Assembly (NCBI GenBank): GCA_951406725.2
Contig: OX597842.1
Span: forward strand, 9,610,001 to 9,674,000
Direction: 5' to 3'
DNA length: 64,000 nt
Origin: Octopus vulgaris
Lineage: Eukaryota
The translations under genes and the position numbers were made by a program. This document shows positions 27,991-42,119 of this stretch, piece after piece (position 1 is the stretch's first letter; each line of letters begins with the position of its first letter). The notes beneath the pieces were generated by a model. It was not told the DNA's origin. It searched no databases and saw nothing but the letters and a program-made list of their open reading frames with translations.

Positions 27991-30156
27991 TACACACATG
28001 CATTATATTCATTATGCAAAAGAGAAGAAAGTAATTTTCATATTTGGACATTTACCAAACAGGTCTTTGTCCGCAAGTATGTACGTACGTATGCGAGTGT
28101 GTTTGTGCTCTTTGAATGTGCATTAAGTGTGTTGCTTCGAAATATGTTTGTGTGTGTTTGTACGTGTCTGTTGATGTGATTAAGCAAGAAAACTTGGTTA
28201 TAGCTTTTGTATCCTTAGCTCTGTGTCTATGTACATAAGTGTATGTGTCAGACACTGCGTTGTAGGTGACTATGTGTTTGATTTGAAATAAGCTCTTTTA
28301 CGGGTAGTTGTGAGGCCTAAGTATGCAAGTACTTATGAATATACGCGTATATATGAATATGTACGTCTGGTATCTGTGTGAGCATTTGGGATACATCATG
28401 TATGTACTAGAGTGTGTGATTCTATGCGGGGTGTATGAGTGTGTGAGCATTATGTATAGTGTATGTATGTATGTGTGTGTGTAATATTAAATTGCATTAG
28501 TCTTACATAAAAAAGCTCTGTTTGGTGCATTGTGATTTAGTAGGGGGGAATGTGGAGAGGGGTTAATAACAGTCGGGGGTGTTGGCGGGAAATCGGTGTC
28601 TGCAAAATTGTGGCGGGGAAGGATAAAGAAAAGCGCGGTGAGTGGTGGTGGTCGTGGTGGTGGTGGTTATAATTGTTGTTAGCAAAGAGAAGAAAAAAGG
28701 GTAAAAGTGTATATGATGCAGTGTTGGGGAGGAGGGAGGGAGAGGAAGTGATAGCGTGTGGTGGTGGGGGGGACGGTGGTAAGAGAATTGGTGTCTATTA
28801 AGAAGGGTGTGTGAAGGGGAGGGGTTGTTATAGTGTTTGTGATGGTGGCGGAGGTGTTTGTGTCTAGAAGAGGTGAGAAGAGAAAACGAGGGAGGGAGGG
28901 GTGTTGTGGTAGGAGTGAGAGAGATGAAGAGGAAATAAAGTAAAATACTGAGAGAGAGAGGGGAATGGAGAAGGAGGGAGAAGAGAAACATCAAAGAAAT
29001 AAAAGCGATAGATCGGTGGTGGTGACGGCGGCGGAAATCGTCTGCAGAAATGATGGGAAGATAAAAGAGAAAAGGGCGGGGTGGGGGTTGGGGGTGCAGT
29101 TATGTGGTGCAGAAGATGTCACAGGAGGGGGGAGAAGGAAATGGGAGAATGGTGGGAGTAGGAGAATGCGTGTCTGTGATGTTTTGGGGGGTCGGGGAGC
29201 AAAGAATAAAGATAGTGGGAGGGGAGGGTAAAGAGATGCAGATGATACAACAATGTGTGTAAAGGGGGGGTGGAATGGGGTTGAGTAAGGAGGTAGTGGT
29301 GGAATGAAGGGGAGGTAACACTTTTGCTTTTTGTGGGGGTTGGTAGAGGGAGAGTGGGGAGGGACTGACACCAGTAGATAGTAAGTGGAGAGAGAGAGGT
29401 ACGGGTAGAGGGGGAGAAAACGAAAGAGACAGAGAAAAACAGGGGTAGGAAATGGAGTGAGGAAGAGGAGAAAGCGCGAAAGAGACAGAAAAACAGAGCG
29501 GGGTGGGAGAACAGAGGGAGGGAAAACAGAAAGAAAATGAAGAGATAGAGGGAGGCGCGCGAGAGAAAGACAGGTAGAGAGAGAGGTACAGAGAGAGGGG
29601 GAAAATGAAAGAGACAGAAAGACAGGGGTGGGAGAAGGAAAGATAGAGGGGAGAGTGAAACAGAGGGAATTGAGGAAGAGGAGAAAGTGTGAAAGAGACA
29701 GAAAAACAGAGCGGGGTGGGAGAAAGTGTCAAGGAGACAGAGGGAGGGAAAAGAGAAAGGAGATGAAGAGATAGAGGGAGGCGTGAAAGAGAAAGACAGA
29801 GAGGGTGAAAGAGAGGTGGGGAGGGAGGGAAGATGGCCCGAGAAGTTTTTAGTTAATTTTGGGGTGTTGTTAAAACACGGTTTAAAATACATTCCAGAAA
29901 TTCTGAAGTGAATCATTTTTAAATGTAAGAATATTTATAACATTTATAGGTAGAAATAAGCAAAGGCGACAACAACAGCAACATCAATTGCAACAAACAA
30001 CACTAACCTTATTATGAACCACGGCACGAAAACCTAGACAATACCTACTATTAATCTCCAGAGTTTCTCAACCAGTTTATTACCCCTGGACCCGTTTGAT
30101 TCCTATTTTGCTCGTTTAAGAAATCCTATTGTTAGGAATTGTAGAAAAATAAATTA

Positions 30157-30497
30157 GGATCTTTTCAGTTTGAACGGCAGTTTTTTAAAAATAATTTCCA
30201 CGTAGCTAAACACTTTTAAACTTCGTATACTGGTAGAATGTGTTTATAAAACATCTTTTTCTCTTGGCTTTATTGAGAAAATTCTAGAGTTTGTAAGATA
30301 TTTGTTGGGTTTTTTTTCTTCAATTTCTGCAATTTCAACTAATCAATGACGTTTATTGAGGTGCAAACATTCTGTGCCGTATGAATATGTCCCTCGTTTA
30401 AGAAACAGATTGGGTTTATTTACATTTCTGAAGAGAAAAAAAAGATACCCTCCCCCCACCCCTAACCCTAAAATAGATTGAAATGCAATAGATCGAT
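30157..30497 (+). mobile_element. Half copy of the same fold-back MITE
   Basis: GGATCTTTTCAGTTTGAACGGCAG...CCCTAACCCTAAAATAGATTGAAATGCAATAGATCGATA is near-identical to the 61107 arm. Confidence 0.8.
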
Positions 30498-31146
30498 AAG
30501 TTATAGAAGACCTAAACAAACCAAAACCGGTTGTCAAGAGATGGGGAAACACGCACACACACACACAATACTTATGGATTAACAGTGCTACCAATGGTTT
30601 CATGCAGAGAGAATTTCCAGTTTTTTACACGACTCACTTAGGAATATTCATAATTATCTTCATTTTGGATAAGACTACTATTGTGTATACATGCATATAT
30701 ATACACACACATGCATACATACGTATATATGTGTGTGTATTATATATATATATATATATATTTACATACACACACACAAACAATGGGCTTCTTCCAATTT
30801 CTGTCAACCAAATTCACTCACAAAGCTTTGGTTGGCTTGAGGCTATAGTTGAAGACACTTGCCCAAGGTGGCATGTTGTGGGACTGAACCCAGAACCATA
30901 TGGCTGGGAACCAAGCTACTTACCACACAGCCATACCTGCACCTTTGTATACACACACACTCTCATATATATATATGAGAGGCTTCTTTCAGTTTCCATC
31001 AACCAAATCTACTCACAAGGCTTTATAGCAGAAGACAATTGCCCATGGTGCTTTGCAGTGGGATTGAACCTGGAACTGTATGTTTGGGAATCGAGCTTCT
31101 TACCACAAACCCACGCCTGTACCTCTATATATTTACACATACACAC

Positions 31147-31530
31147 GGAGGCGCAATGGCCCAGTGGTTAGGGCAGCGGACTCGCGGTCGTAGGATCGCG
31201 GTTTCGATTCCCAGACCGGGCGTTGTGAGTGTTTATTGAGCGAAAACATCTAAAGCTCCACGAGGCTCCGGCAGGGGGTGGTGGTGATCCCTGCTGTACT
31301 CTTTCACCACAACTTTCTCTCACTCTTACTTCCTGTTTCTGTTGTACCTGTATTTCAAAGGGCCGGCCTTGTCACTCTCTGTGTCACGCTGAATATCCCC
31401 GAGAACTTCGTTAAGGGTGCACGTGTCTGTGGAGTGCTCAGCCACTTACACGTTAATTTCACGAGCAGGCTGTTCCGTTGATTCGGATCAACCGGAACCC
31501 TCGTCGTCGTAACCGACGGAGTGCTTCCAT
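31147..31530 (+). mobile_element. tRNA-derived SINE family C, full copy
   Basis: A-box TGGCCCAGTGG and B-box GGTTTCGATTCC; related copies at ~1000-1212(-), 13551-13835(+), 24187-24476(-), 49036-49305(-), 63200-63525(-). Confidence 0.8.
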
Positions 31531-31975
31531 CCACACACACAAACATTATATAACAAATGCTCCCACCACGACCACCACCACCCCACTCACACATGCAAAT
31601 CAAAAATAAGATTAAGCAGAAATTCATAAATCGTCTTCTTCACATCCATCATGCATCCACCCCTCCATCGTATTCCACCTCACCCCAGCCCATACAATAT
31701 ATATATATATGTATGTATGTATGTATGGAATGGTGGGTTGGTGGATGGGGGGTAATGATGTTGAACAATGTTGATGACGCAGTTAACAACTGCAAATAGC
31801 TGGCAACGGACAGCATCATTTGTCTCTCTTCTCCCTCCATCACTATTTTTATTGTTTTCACCTCTCCTCCCTCCCTCCCTCCCTCTCTCTCTCTCTGTAT
31901 ATATATTTCTATCGTGTGTGTGTGTGTATATATATATATATCATCTCTCTATCTTTATATATATAACTATATATC

Positions 31976-32009
<34 letters not shown>

Positions 32010-32043
32010 AATCTGTATCATCTCCTATATATAATTGTCTATC

Positions 32044-32101
<58 letters not shown>

Positions 32102-32257
32102 CTCTATCTCTCTCTCTCTCTTTATATATATATTTGTACATGTGTGTGTGTTATCTCTGTTTGTATACGTATCACTCTCTATTTCCTTCCATCACTATGC
32201 ATCTGTCCCTCTCTTAATCAATCTCTCTCTCTCTCTTTACTATCTTCCCTCTTTCTT

Positions 32258-32343
<86 letters not shown>

Positions 32344-33012
32344 TCCTCTCTCTCCTATATATCCTTCCATCAATTCCTCCCTTTTCTTACTCTGTTCATT
32401 TTATCCCCGTCCTCTCTCTCCTTTCACTCTGTCAGTCTCTCCATCTTTATCTCTCTCTCTCTCCCTATAACTATCTATCTTTTCCATCAATGTCTCCTTT
32501 TGACTATCTCCTTCTCACTATTTGTCTCTGTCTCTCTCCTTTCAATCACTATTTCTTCTTATTTGCTCTCTTTCTCCTTTCATCAATACATCTTGTTTTC
32601 TATCTCCTTCTGAGGTTTTTTCTGTCCTTTCTCTTTCTCTCTCTCTCACCTGCCACCCTTATTTTCTTTCTTCTTTCCTTCCTGCAACATTCCCTCTTCA
32701 TTTCCTTCAAGTCTCTTATCCTTTCATCTCTCTCCTTTCCCTCCTCTTCTTTCTTTTTCTCATCTCTTTCTGATCTCTTGTCTTCTTTCTCTCCTACAAT
32801 CAGTATATCCTCCTTTTTACTGTCTCCCCCTCTTTGTCTGTCAGTTTCTCTCTCATATGTGTGAGTGTGTATATATATATATATATATAAAAAGCATATT
32901 ACTCTACCTCCTGTATTTGAGTACTATTTTTCCACCTATCACATCTATGTGCTTACTCTGCTGTGTATAAATATATATATATATATATATAGTAGATATG
33001 TTTTATTTTTTT

Positions 33013-33743
33013 TTTACTTGTTTCAGTCATTTGTCTGCAGCCATGCTGAGACACCACCTTGAACGGTTTTGGTTGAATAAATTGACCCCATGACTTATCT
33101 TTTTAAAGCCTTGTACTTATTTTATCGGTTTCTTTTGCCAAACTGCCGACCTAAACACTTCGACATCAGCCATCAAGTGTTGATGGGGGAACAAACATAC
33201 ACACACACACAACGGGCTTCTTTCAGTTTCTCTCTACGAAATCCACTCACAAGGCTTTGGTCAGCCCGAGGCTATAATAGAAGACATTTTTGCCCAAGGT
33301 GCCATGCAGTGGGACTGAACCCGGAACCGTGTGGTTGAGAAGCAAGCCTCTTCGACACCAGCCGTCAAGTGTTGATGGGGGAACAAACAAACACACGCAC
33401 ACAACAGGCTTCTTTCAGTTTCCGTCTACGAAATCCACTCACAAGTCTTTGGTCGGCCTGAGGCTATAGTAGAAGACACTTGCCCAAGGTGCCATGCAGT
33501 GGGACTGAACCCAGAACCACATGGTTGGGAAGCAAGCCTCTTCGACACCAGCCATCAAGTGTTGATGGCGGAACAAACACACATATATACGACGGGCTTC
33601 TTTCAGTTTCCGTCTACCAAATCCACTCACAAGGCTTTGGTCGGCCCAAGGCTATAGTAGAAGACACTTGCCCAAGGTGCCATGCAGTGGGACTGAACCC
33701 GGAACCATGTGGTTTGTAAGCAAGCCTCTTACCACACAGCCAC
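33013..33743 (-). mobile_element. SINE family A with three tandem head segments
   Basis: Three repeats of CTTCTTTCAGTTTCC...GCCCAAGGTGCCATGCAGTGGGACTGAACCC. Confidence 0.78.
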
Positions 33744-34296
33744 TTTCTTTCTCTCTCTCCCTCTCCTTCACTCTTTCCTTTCTTTCACCCCCCCCTTAAT
33801 CATTTGTCCTCTCGCCCCCCTCGTTTCGTTGTCTCCCTGCTGTCATCTCTGCTCTCTCACTCTCTCTCCTACCTCTCTCTCCCCCCTCTCTTCACCATCC
33901 CTTCTCTTTTACCCTTTCCCGTCCTTCACTAATTAAGTTGTTTAATTAAGTTGTCTAATACACATGGGACATTGTTCTGAGTGACAAAACAAACAGTCTG
34001 GAATTCCATTTTAAATATGGTAGTGGTGATGGTGGTGGCGGCGGCGGTGGTGGTGGTTACAGGGGTGGGGAGTGTAGTTCTGATCATGTTGGGGTAGGTG
34101 TGGTGGTGGTGGTGCTGGTGGTGGCGATAGTGTTGGAAATAATGATGTTGGTGGTGGTGATGGTGGAGGGGTTGACAGGAGACAGTTTCTTTGAAATGCA
34201 GTCTACAGAAGCAATAGGGGGTCTTCTTTGAAGTAGTCACCCCCCCCCGCCACCGATTGCTAGAAACAGAAGACTAATCTCTCTCATACACACAAT

Positions 34297-34672
34297 GGCA
34301 CAGGAGTGGCTGTGTGGTATGTAGCTTCCGGGTTCAGTCCCACTGTGTGGCACCTCGGGCAAGTGTCTTCTACTATAGCCATGGGCCAACCAAAGCCTTG
34401 TGAGTGGATTTCGTAGACGGAAACTGAAAGAAGCCCATTGTGTGTGTCTGTGTGTGTGTATATATATATATGTGTGTGTGTGTGTGTTTGTCTGTCCCCT
34501 GCAACATCGCTGGTGTGTTTACATCCCCGTAACTGAGCGGTTCAGCAAAAGAAACTGATAGAATAAGTACTGTGCTTACAGAGAATAAGTCCTGTGGTCG
34601 ATTTGCTCGACTAAAGGTGGTGCTCCAGCATGGCCACAGTCAAATGACCGAAACAAGTAAAAGAGTAAAAGA
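34297..34672 (+). mobile_element. SINE family A
   Basis: Full head-to-tail copy. Confidence 0.8.
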
Positions 34673-35208
34673 GAATGAATGAATATTGGTTTCAAATTTT
34701 GGCACAAGGCCAGCAATTTCAGGCAAAGGAGTAAGTCAATCACAGTGACCCCCAGGGCTCAACTGATGCTTATTTTATTGACCCCGAATAGATGAAAGGC
34801 CAAGTTGACTCTGGAGGCATTTGAACTAAGAACATGAAGCCAGAAGAGATGTCACTAAGCCTATTTTCCATCAAAGTAACACACCTCCCTCACACACACA
34901 CTAAATATTGCAAACTTGTCCAGCTCTGTGACGCCTTCTGACTTGGTGACAATGAATGGCTCAAGAAGAAACTAGTATGGATGTGAATATTTTAAATATA
35001 TTGTTTTGTATTGTGTTTTAAAGATATAAAGACTGTAAGTGTGTGTATAATTATATATAATTATATATATATATATGGTAAGCAGGAATGGGACGAGGTT
35101 TACAGTTGGGAAAATTGTGTTAGTGTTAATTCAACTCAAACACTGTGTGTGTGTGTGTGTGTGTGTGTATGAATGTATTACGTGTGTGTGTGTGTGTGTG
35201 CATGTATA

Positions 35209-35239
<31 letters not shown>

Positions 35240-35516
35240 GCATGTATATATATTTGTATATATGTGTGTATATATGCATGTATATATGTGTGTATATATG
35301 CATGTATATATGTGTGTATATATGCATGTATATGTGTATATATGCATGTATATATGTGTATATATGCATGTATATATGTGTGTATATATGCATGTATATA
35401 TGTGTGTATATATGCATGTATATGTGTGTGTGTGTGTGTATGTATGCATGTATATATATGCGTGTGTGTATATATATGTATGTGTGTGTGTATATATGCA
35501 TGCGTGTGTGTATATA

Positions 35517-35550
<34 letters not shown>

Positions 35551-35693
35551 GTATGTAATGTGTGTATTTCTCTTTCTATATATACTCTCATATATTTTAT
35601 AAATGTATGTTATATACATTTTATATATAAAATATTTATAGCCACAGTCAAATGAGTAAAACAAGTAAAAGAATAAAAGGGTATATATGTATG

Positions 35694-35745
<52 letters not shown>

Positions 35746-36364
35746 CATAGTTATTTGGGCTCAGTTGTGTCTCAAAAATACCGAACTTGTGTAATTTATT
35801 ACCTTTTATTTTTTTAAAGAGGGGAAACATTCACACCAATATATATAACGATTCACATCCATGTGGGAACTGAAATGAAAGCCAACAGACTGGCGCATTT
35901 GTAGGAATTTCTCTTTTCCTCCTTTTCTCTGACTCTTTATTTTTCCAAGAATAAACTTCTGTTTGTTGGCTTTATTGATCTTTTCAAACAAAGAGTCGAT
36001 TGTACAACGTTTGTATAAAAATGCAACGTTGCATGATATTGCGACAAGGGGCAATGCGTACGCCCGCCCGTGCGTGCGTTTGTAGTTACACAGATGCTTG
36101 GTGAGACCTAGATATGTTGAATAAGATCATAACTAACTGATCCATCAGTAGGCACAGGCATGGCTGTGTGGTAAGAAGCTTGCTTCCCAACTACATGGTT
36201 CTGGGTTCTGTCCCACTGCGTGGCACCTTGTGGTGCAAGTGTCTTCTACTATAATCTCAGGCTGACCAAAGCCTTGTGAATGGATTTGGTAGACAGAAAC
36301 TGAAAGAAATCCGTCATCTCTCTCTCTCTCGGAGTTGAATGCAGGTGTTATTCAAATTCTTTTA

Positions 36365-36445
36365 CTTTCGACATATGTTTCGAAGACAACATTGGTTTTA
36401 TTCCGAAGGAATAAACCGTGTAAAATAATCTTTTCATCAGGAAAG
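36365..36445 (-). ncRNA. Minimal type I hammerhead ribozyme motif (Penelope-type)
   Basis: Minus strand: CTTTC-CTGATGA-[stem II]-GAAA-C-ATAT-GTC-GAAAG; 5-bp stem I, palindromic stem III, GUC cleavage triplet. Confidence 0.7.
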
Positions 36446-38756
36446 AAAGAGAACCTATCTCAACAAGACATAACAATTTTCATGACTGCATAAATGATAA
36501 ACAGAATGCTATTTAGTATTTATAAAAAAATCGTTAGTAGATCTGACATCAAAGGTAGACCATAGGAAGAGAAGGGGAAAAGAAATAATAAGTAGAGAAC
36601 AAATAAAGAGGGATATATTGGTTAAAGAAATGTGTCTCTATGTTGGTGTATTTAGGTCCCCTGTAACTTAGTGGTTCAGCAAAAGAGACTGATAGAATAA
36701 GTACTAGCCTTACAAAGAATAAGTACTGTGGTCAATTTGTTCAACTAAAACCTCTCAAGGTGGTGCTCCAGCATGGCTGCAGTTAGATGACTGAAGCAAC
36801 TAAAAAGGAAAATATATATATAATCTTTTATTCTTTTACTCGTTTCAGTCATTTGACTGTGGCCATGCTGGAGCACCACTTTTTAGTCAAAGAAATTGCC
36901 ACCTGGACTTATTCTTTGTAAACCTGGTGCTTATTCTATCAGTCTTTTCTGCCAAACTGCTAAGTTACAGGAACGTAAACACACCAACATTGGTTGTCAA
37001 GCAATGGGGGTGGGTGGGGGGACAGACAAATGCACACACATGAATACACACACACACATACGACAGGCTTCTTTCAGTTTCCATCTACCAGATCCATTCA
37101 CAAGGTTTTGGTCGGCCCAAAACTATAGGAGAGGACTTGCCCAAGGTGCCATGCAGTGGGACTGAACCCAGAACCATGTGGTTACCACACAGCCACGCCT
37201 GCGCCTAATAAAGAAAAAATGTGCACCCTGTCTCCTTTTATATATACACACCCACCCTGCTTAACCAGACCAGACTACAGCTTAACACAATCTCACATCA
37301 CATTAAAACTTACCAGACAACATTACTCCCCTTCTCCCCCACCCCCGCACACACCTACATACTGTTCTGGTAGTCTAGACACGTACACACCCACCACACA
37401 TAATCATATAAACTTTACATAAAGACACCACACACACACATGTACACACTTGTACTCAGTCACTCGCTCACACATGCTACCCATGTCTGTCTATCTGTAT
37501 ATATGTGGGTGTATATATATATATATATATATATACCATCTTTGTCTATTTCTTTATATAGATATCTATCTATCTGTCTATCTTTATCTACCTATCTTTC
37601 TATCAGTTTGTCTGTGTGTGTGTGTGTGTATATATCTATATATATATATTTCTTTACTGCCCAGAAGGGGCTAAACACAGAGGGGACAAACAAGGACAGA
37701 CGAAGGGATTGTCGATTATATCGCCCCCAGTGCGAAACTGGTACTTTATTTATCGACCCCGAAAGGATGAAAGGCAAAGTTGACCTCAGCGGAATTTGAA
37801 CGCTAACGTATCTGCCAGCTTGCCGCCTACATACATCTATCATCCTCCTCCTCATCATCATCGTTTAATGTCCACTTTCCATGCTAGCATGGGTTGGACG
37901 ATTTGACTGAGGACTGGTGAGCCAGATTGGTTGCACCAGGCTCCAATCTTGATCTGGCAGAGTTTCTACAGCTGGATGCCCTTCCTAACACCAACCACTC
38001 CAAGACTGTAGTGGGTGCTTTTATGTGCCACTGGCATGGGGGCCAGTCAGGCGGTACTGGCAACAGCCACACTCAAATGGTACTTTTTAGGTGCCACCTG
38101 CACAAGTGGCAGTAAGGCGACGCTGGTAATGATCATGTTTGAATGGTACCTTTTACGTGCCACCAGCACGGAAGCCAGTTAGCTGCTCTGGCAACGATCA
38201 TGCTTGGCTGGTGCTCTTAGCACCTCCGTCCCGACCTGTCCATCTATCTATTTCTATATCTGTCTGTTCGTCTCGAATATACAACAATTCTCTCCAGCAG
38301 ACCATATCTAATTACTCAAACACAACACCCACTGGTTGCTTACAAGAGTATTTACACACACACAGTATGTGCTTATGATTTTAACTTTTCTGTCCGAGTG
38401 TAGCTAGCTCGGACACTCTCTGTCTGAGCTTGTCACACCATATAACCACAGTACAGCCTGTCTAACCAGTTGACAATAGATCTGCATACCACGCACCCAT
38501 CCAAACACACACACACACCTTTGGACACATACGTTCATAACACATGCACAAAGGTCCATACTCATATACATACTCACACACATATCATGAACACACAACA
38601 CATGAGTGTTCATACACATACGCACACTCATATTCATACAGTGTCATTCTAAAATACTGTTGGACAACAATGGACATAATTACATACATGCATGCATATA
38701 CACATACATACATGCATGTATACACACATATATGCATGCGTTTATTTTTAGAAACA

Positions 38757-39655
38757 GGCACATGTATAGCTGTGTGATTAAGAAGTTAGGATTCCCAACC
38801 ACATGGTCCTGGGTTCAGTCCCACTGTCTGGCATCTTGGACAAGTGTCTTCTATAGCCTCAGGCCGACTGAAGCTTTGTGAGTGGATTTGGATAATGGAA
38901 ACTGAAAGAAGCCTATCGTGTGGTAAGCAGCTTGCTTACCAACCACATGGTTCTGGGTTCAGTCCCACTGTGTGGCACCTTGGGCAAGTGTCTTCTACTA
39001 CAGCCTTGGGTCGACCAAAGCTTTGTGAGTGGATTTGGTAGATGGAAACTGAAAGAAGCCTATCATGCAGTTAAAAGTTAGGCTTCCCAACCACATGGTT
39101 CTGGGTTCAGTCTCATTGCAGGACATCTTGGAGAAACAATTTTCTACTATAGCCCTAGGCCAACCAAGGTTTTGTGAGTAGATTTGGTAGATGGAAACTA
39201 AAAGAAGCTTAGCTGTGTGATAAGAAGCTTGCCACCAAACCACATGGTTCTGAGTTCAATTCCACTGTATGGCACCTTGGGTAAGTGTCCTCTACTATAG
39301 CCCTTGGCTGGCCAAAGCCTTGTGGGTGGATTTGGTAGACAGAAAGCGAAAGAAGCCCATCGTATGGTCAGAAGTTATTCTTCCGAACCATATGGTTCAG
39401 GGTTCAGTTCCATTGTGTGGCATCTTGGAGAAGGATCTTCTACTATAGCCCTGGGTTGGCCAAAGCCTTGTGAGTGGATTTGGTAGATGGGAACTGAAAG
39501 AAGCTTGGAAGTGTGGTGAGAAAATTAGTTCTTAAGCACATGGTTCTGGGTTCAATCCCACTGCGTGGCACCTTGGGCAAGTGTCTTCTACTATACCCTC
39601 GGGCCAACCAAAGCCTTGTGAGTGGATTTGGTAAATGGAAACTGAAAGAAGCCTG
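38757..39655 (+). mobile_element. Tandem array of six ~150-bp SINE family A heads
   Basis: Six successive units ending GGAAACTGAAAGAAGC; no tails. Confidence 0.8.
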
Positions 39656-40242
39656 TTGTGTATGGTGGTGGTGTGGAAACGTGTGGCTTAGTGATTAGTG
39701 TTGCACTCTTGATCGCAAGATTGTAGGTTCAATTCCCATACCGGTCAATACATTGTGTTCATGAGCAAAACATTTCATTTCACATTGCTCCAATCCATTC
39801 AGTGGTGATGGCTGTGGTGGTTAGGATATGTTGCTAGTGGTAGTACTGTTTGTAGTGTTGTTCAGTGGCAGTATTTATGTTATTAGTACCAGAAATGGTG
39901 GTGGTGATGTTAGTAGTAGTAGTAGTGGTGGTGGTGGTAATAGTGGGCTTGGTATAGGAGGTAATAGATGATGATGATGACGTGTGGCACAGGTGGTGGC
40001 GGTGGTAATCGTAATGAGGTTAACAGGGTTTTAGAAACGGTTTGATGACGACAATGATGATGTCTGGTGCAGTTGCAGCAACAGAGGTGGTGGTGGTGGC
40101 AAAAGGCGGGTGAGTTAACGATGGTGCTAGCGTTAATAATGGTGACATGAACAATAACTCGTTTATTTTAATTATAGACCTGCTATTAAAAGATCTCTCT
40201 CCCTTCACACCAAACTGCATTGTAATTATATCTTCACCATCA

Positions 40243-40274
<32 letters not shown>

Positions 40275-40477
40275 GATGATGTTTTGACTCAAGTTTGTTC
40301 TTAATTCTGGTAGAATTTGTGCAGGTAGCGGGTTACTACTTGTAATGTTAGACATCCACAATCTTTCAATTCTCTTTCAAGTGCCGAAAACCCTCTTGAT
40401 TATCTTTCCTGTCCTTAAGAGGCAAACTTTCTGTAGAAACCTGTCTTATTATTATTATTATTACTACTACTTAGAAA

Positions 40478-41195
40478 GGCGGTGAGCTGGCAGAAACATT
40501 AGCACATTGGGCGAAATGCTTAGCGTTATTTCATCTGCCGCTATGTTCTTAGTTCAAATTCTGCCGAGGTCGACTTTGCCTTTCATCCTTTCGGGGTTTT
40601 TATAAATAAGTACCAGTTATGCACTGGGGTCAATGTAATCGACTTAATCTGTTTGTCCTTGTTTGTTCCCTCTGTGTTTAGGCCCTTGTGGGTAGTAAAG
40701 AAATAGGTATTTCATCTGTCTTTACATTCTGAGTTCAAATTCCACTGAGGTCGACTTGGCCTTTCATCCTTTCAGGGAAAATTAAAATTAAGTACCAGTT
40801 TGTGTACTGGTTTGATCTAATTGACTGCCCCACACCCCAAAAATTTCAGGCCTTGTGCCTAGAGTAGAAAAGAAGATTATTATTATTTAGCGGTGGTGAG
40901 CTGGCAGAATTGTTAGCACGCCAGGCCAAATAATTAGCAGCATTTTGTCTGTTGCTATGTTCTGAGTTCAAATTCTGCCGAGGTCAGCTTTGCCTTTCAT
41001 CCTTTCAGGGTCAATAAATTAGTAGTATTTCATAGATCTTTATGTTCTGGTTTCAAATTCTGCTGAGGTCGACTTTGCTCTTCATCCTCTCGGAGTCGAT
41101 AAATTAAGTACCAGTGAAACACTGGGGTTTTATATGATCAAATAGTCCCCTCCCCACAAAACTGAGGCATTGTGCCTTTAGTAGAAAGGATTATT
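40478..41195 (+). mobile_element. Cluster of SINE family B copies (GGTGAGCTGGCAGAA head, GAGTTCAAATTCC B-box, GCCTTTCATCCTTTCGGGGTCGATAAA core)
   Basis: Repeated motifs; other copies at ~6955-7130, 21225-21605, 34680-34860(-), 37650-37830(-), 42823-43035, 44770-44997(-), 54170-54480. Confidence 0.75.
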
Positions 41196-41197
41196 AT

Positions 41198-41690
41198 TCA
41201 TCATCGTTTAACGTCCGTTTTCCATGCTAGCATGGGTTGGACAGTTCAACTGGGGTCTGGGAAGCCAGAGGGCTGCACCAGGCCCAGCCTGATCTGGCAA
41301 TGTTCCTACAGCTGGATGCCCTTCATAACGCCAACCACTCTGAGTGTAGTGGGTGCTTTTTATGTGCCACTGGCATGGGGGCCAGACGAGGCTGGCAAAC
41401 GGCCACGATCGGATGGTGCTTTTTACGTGCCACTGGCACGGAGGCCAGTCAGGGCGGCGCTAGCAACGACCACGTTCAGATGGTTCTCTTACGTGCCACC
41501 GGCACTGGTAACACAGCTACAATTTCCATTGATGTTGATCGATTTCGATTTTCACTTGCCTCAACTGGTCTTCACAAGTAGGGTTTGTCACAAGAAAGAA
41601 AGGTATGCATGAGTGGGCTGGCTACGTCCCAGGTAGAGGCTACGGGTTATGGTCTCACTTGTCCTGCCGGGTCTTCCCACGCACAGCATA
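41198..41690 (-). mobile_element. Repeat family D (RTE-type tail: AGGAAGGGCATCCAGCTGTAGAAAC...CCAACCCATGCTAGCATGGAAAACGGACGTTAAACGATGATG)
   Basis: Copies also at ~14000-14480, 37850-38225, 47730-48115, 50030-50440, 53835-54170; they end in (GAT)n. Confidence 0.7.
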
Positions 41691-42119
41691 CTTCCTATTA
41701 TTCAGTAGTCTATAACCTATTGCGTGCTTTCACAGCATTAACAAGCACATTCTCCCTCTGGCGCTTCAGGTGTGTCCTGTTCTTCGTGTTGGTTTTGCTC
41801 TTTTTCTTGTGTTGAAATTAACCCCACCCACCCTTTGCCCGGTGCAGTTTGTTTGCAGCACGTTGCAACGGTGTTACTTCTCTTTGTTTTCTTTCTGTTT
41901 AGTTTCTCTGCACTTTATGTAACTCCTCCTGGCTGTTTATTTCAGTTACGTTAAGGAATTGCTTGCATGTTTATTAAGGTCGATGTATTCGGCTAACTAC
42001 TGTCACCCTCTCCCCTGTCTCAAAATCTCTGACCTTGTGCCTAATTCAGAAACTGCTATCATTATTATTATTATTATTATTAAAAAAAAAAAAAAAAAGA
42101 ATCGATTATTATTATTATT

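Noticed and set aside
31147-31225. tRNA gene
   Set aside because: tRNA-like SINE head with no proper acceptor stem, followed by a SINE body, with many degenerate copies.
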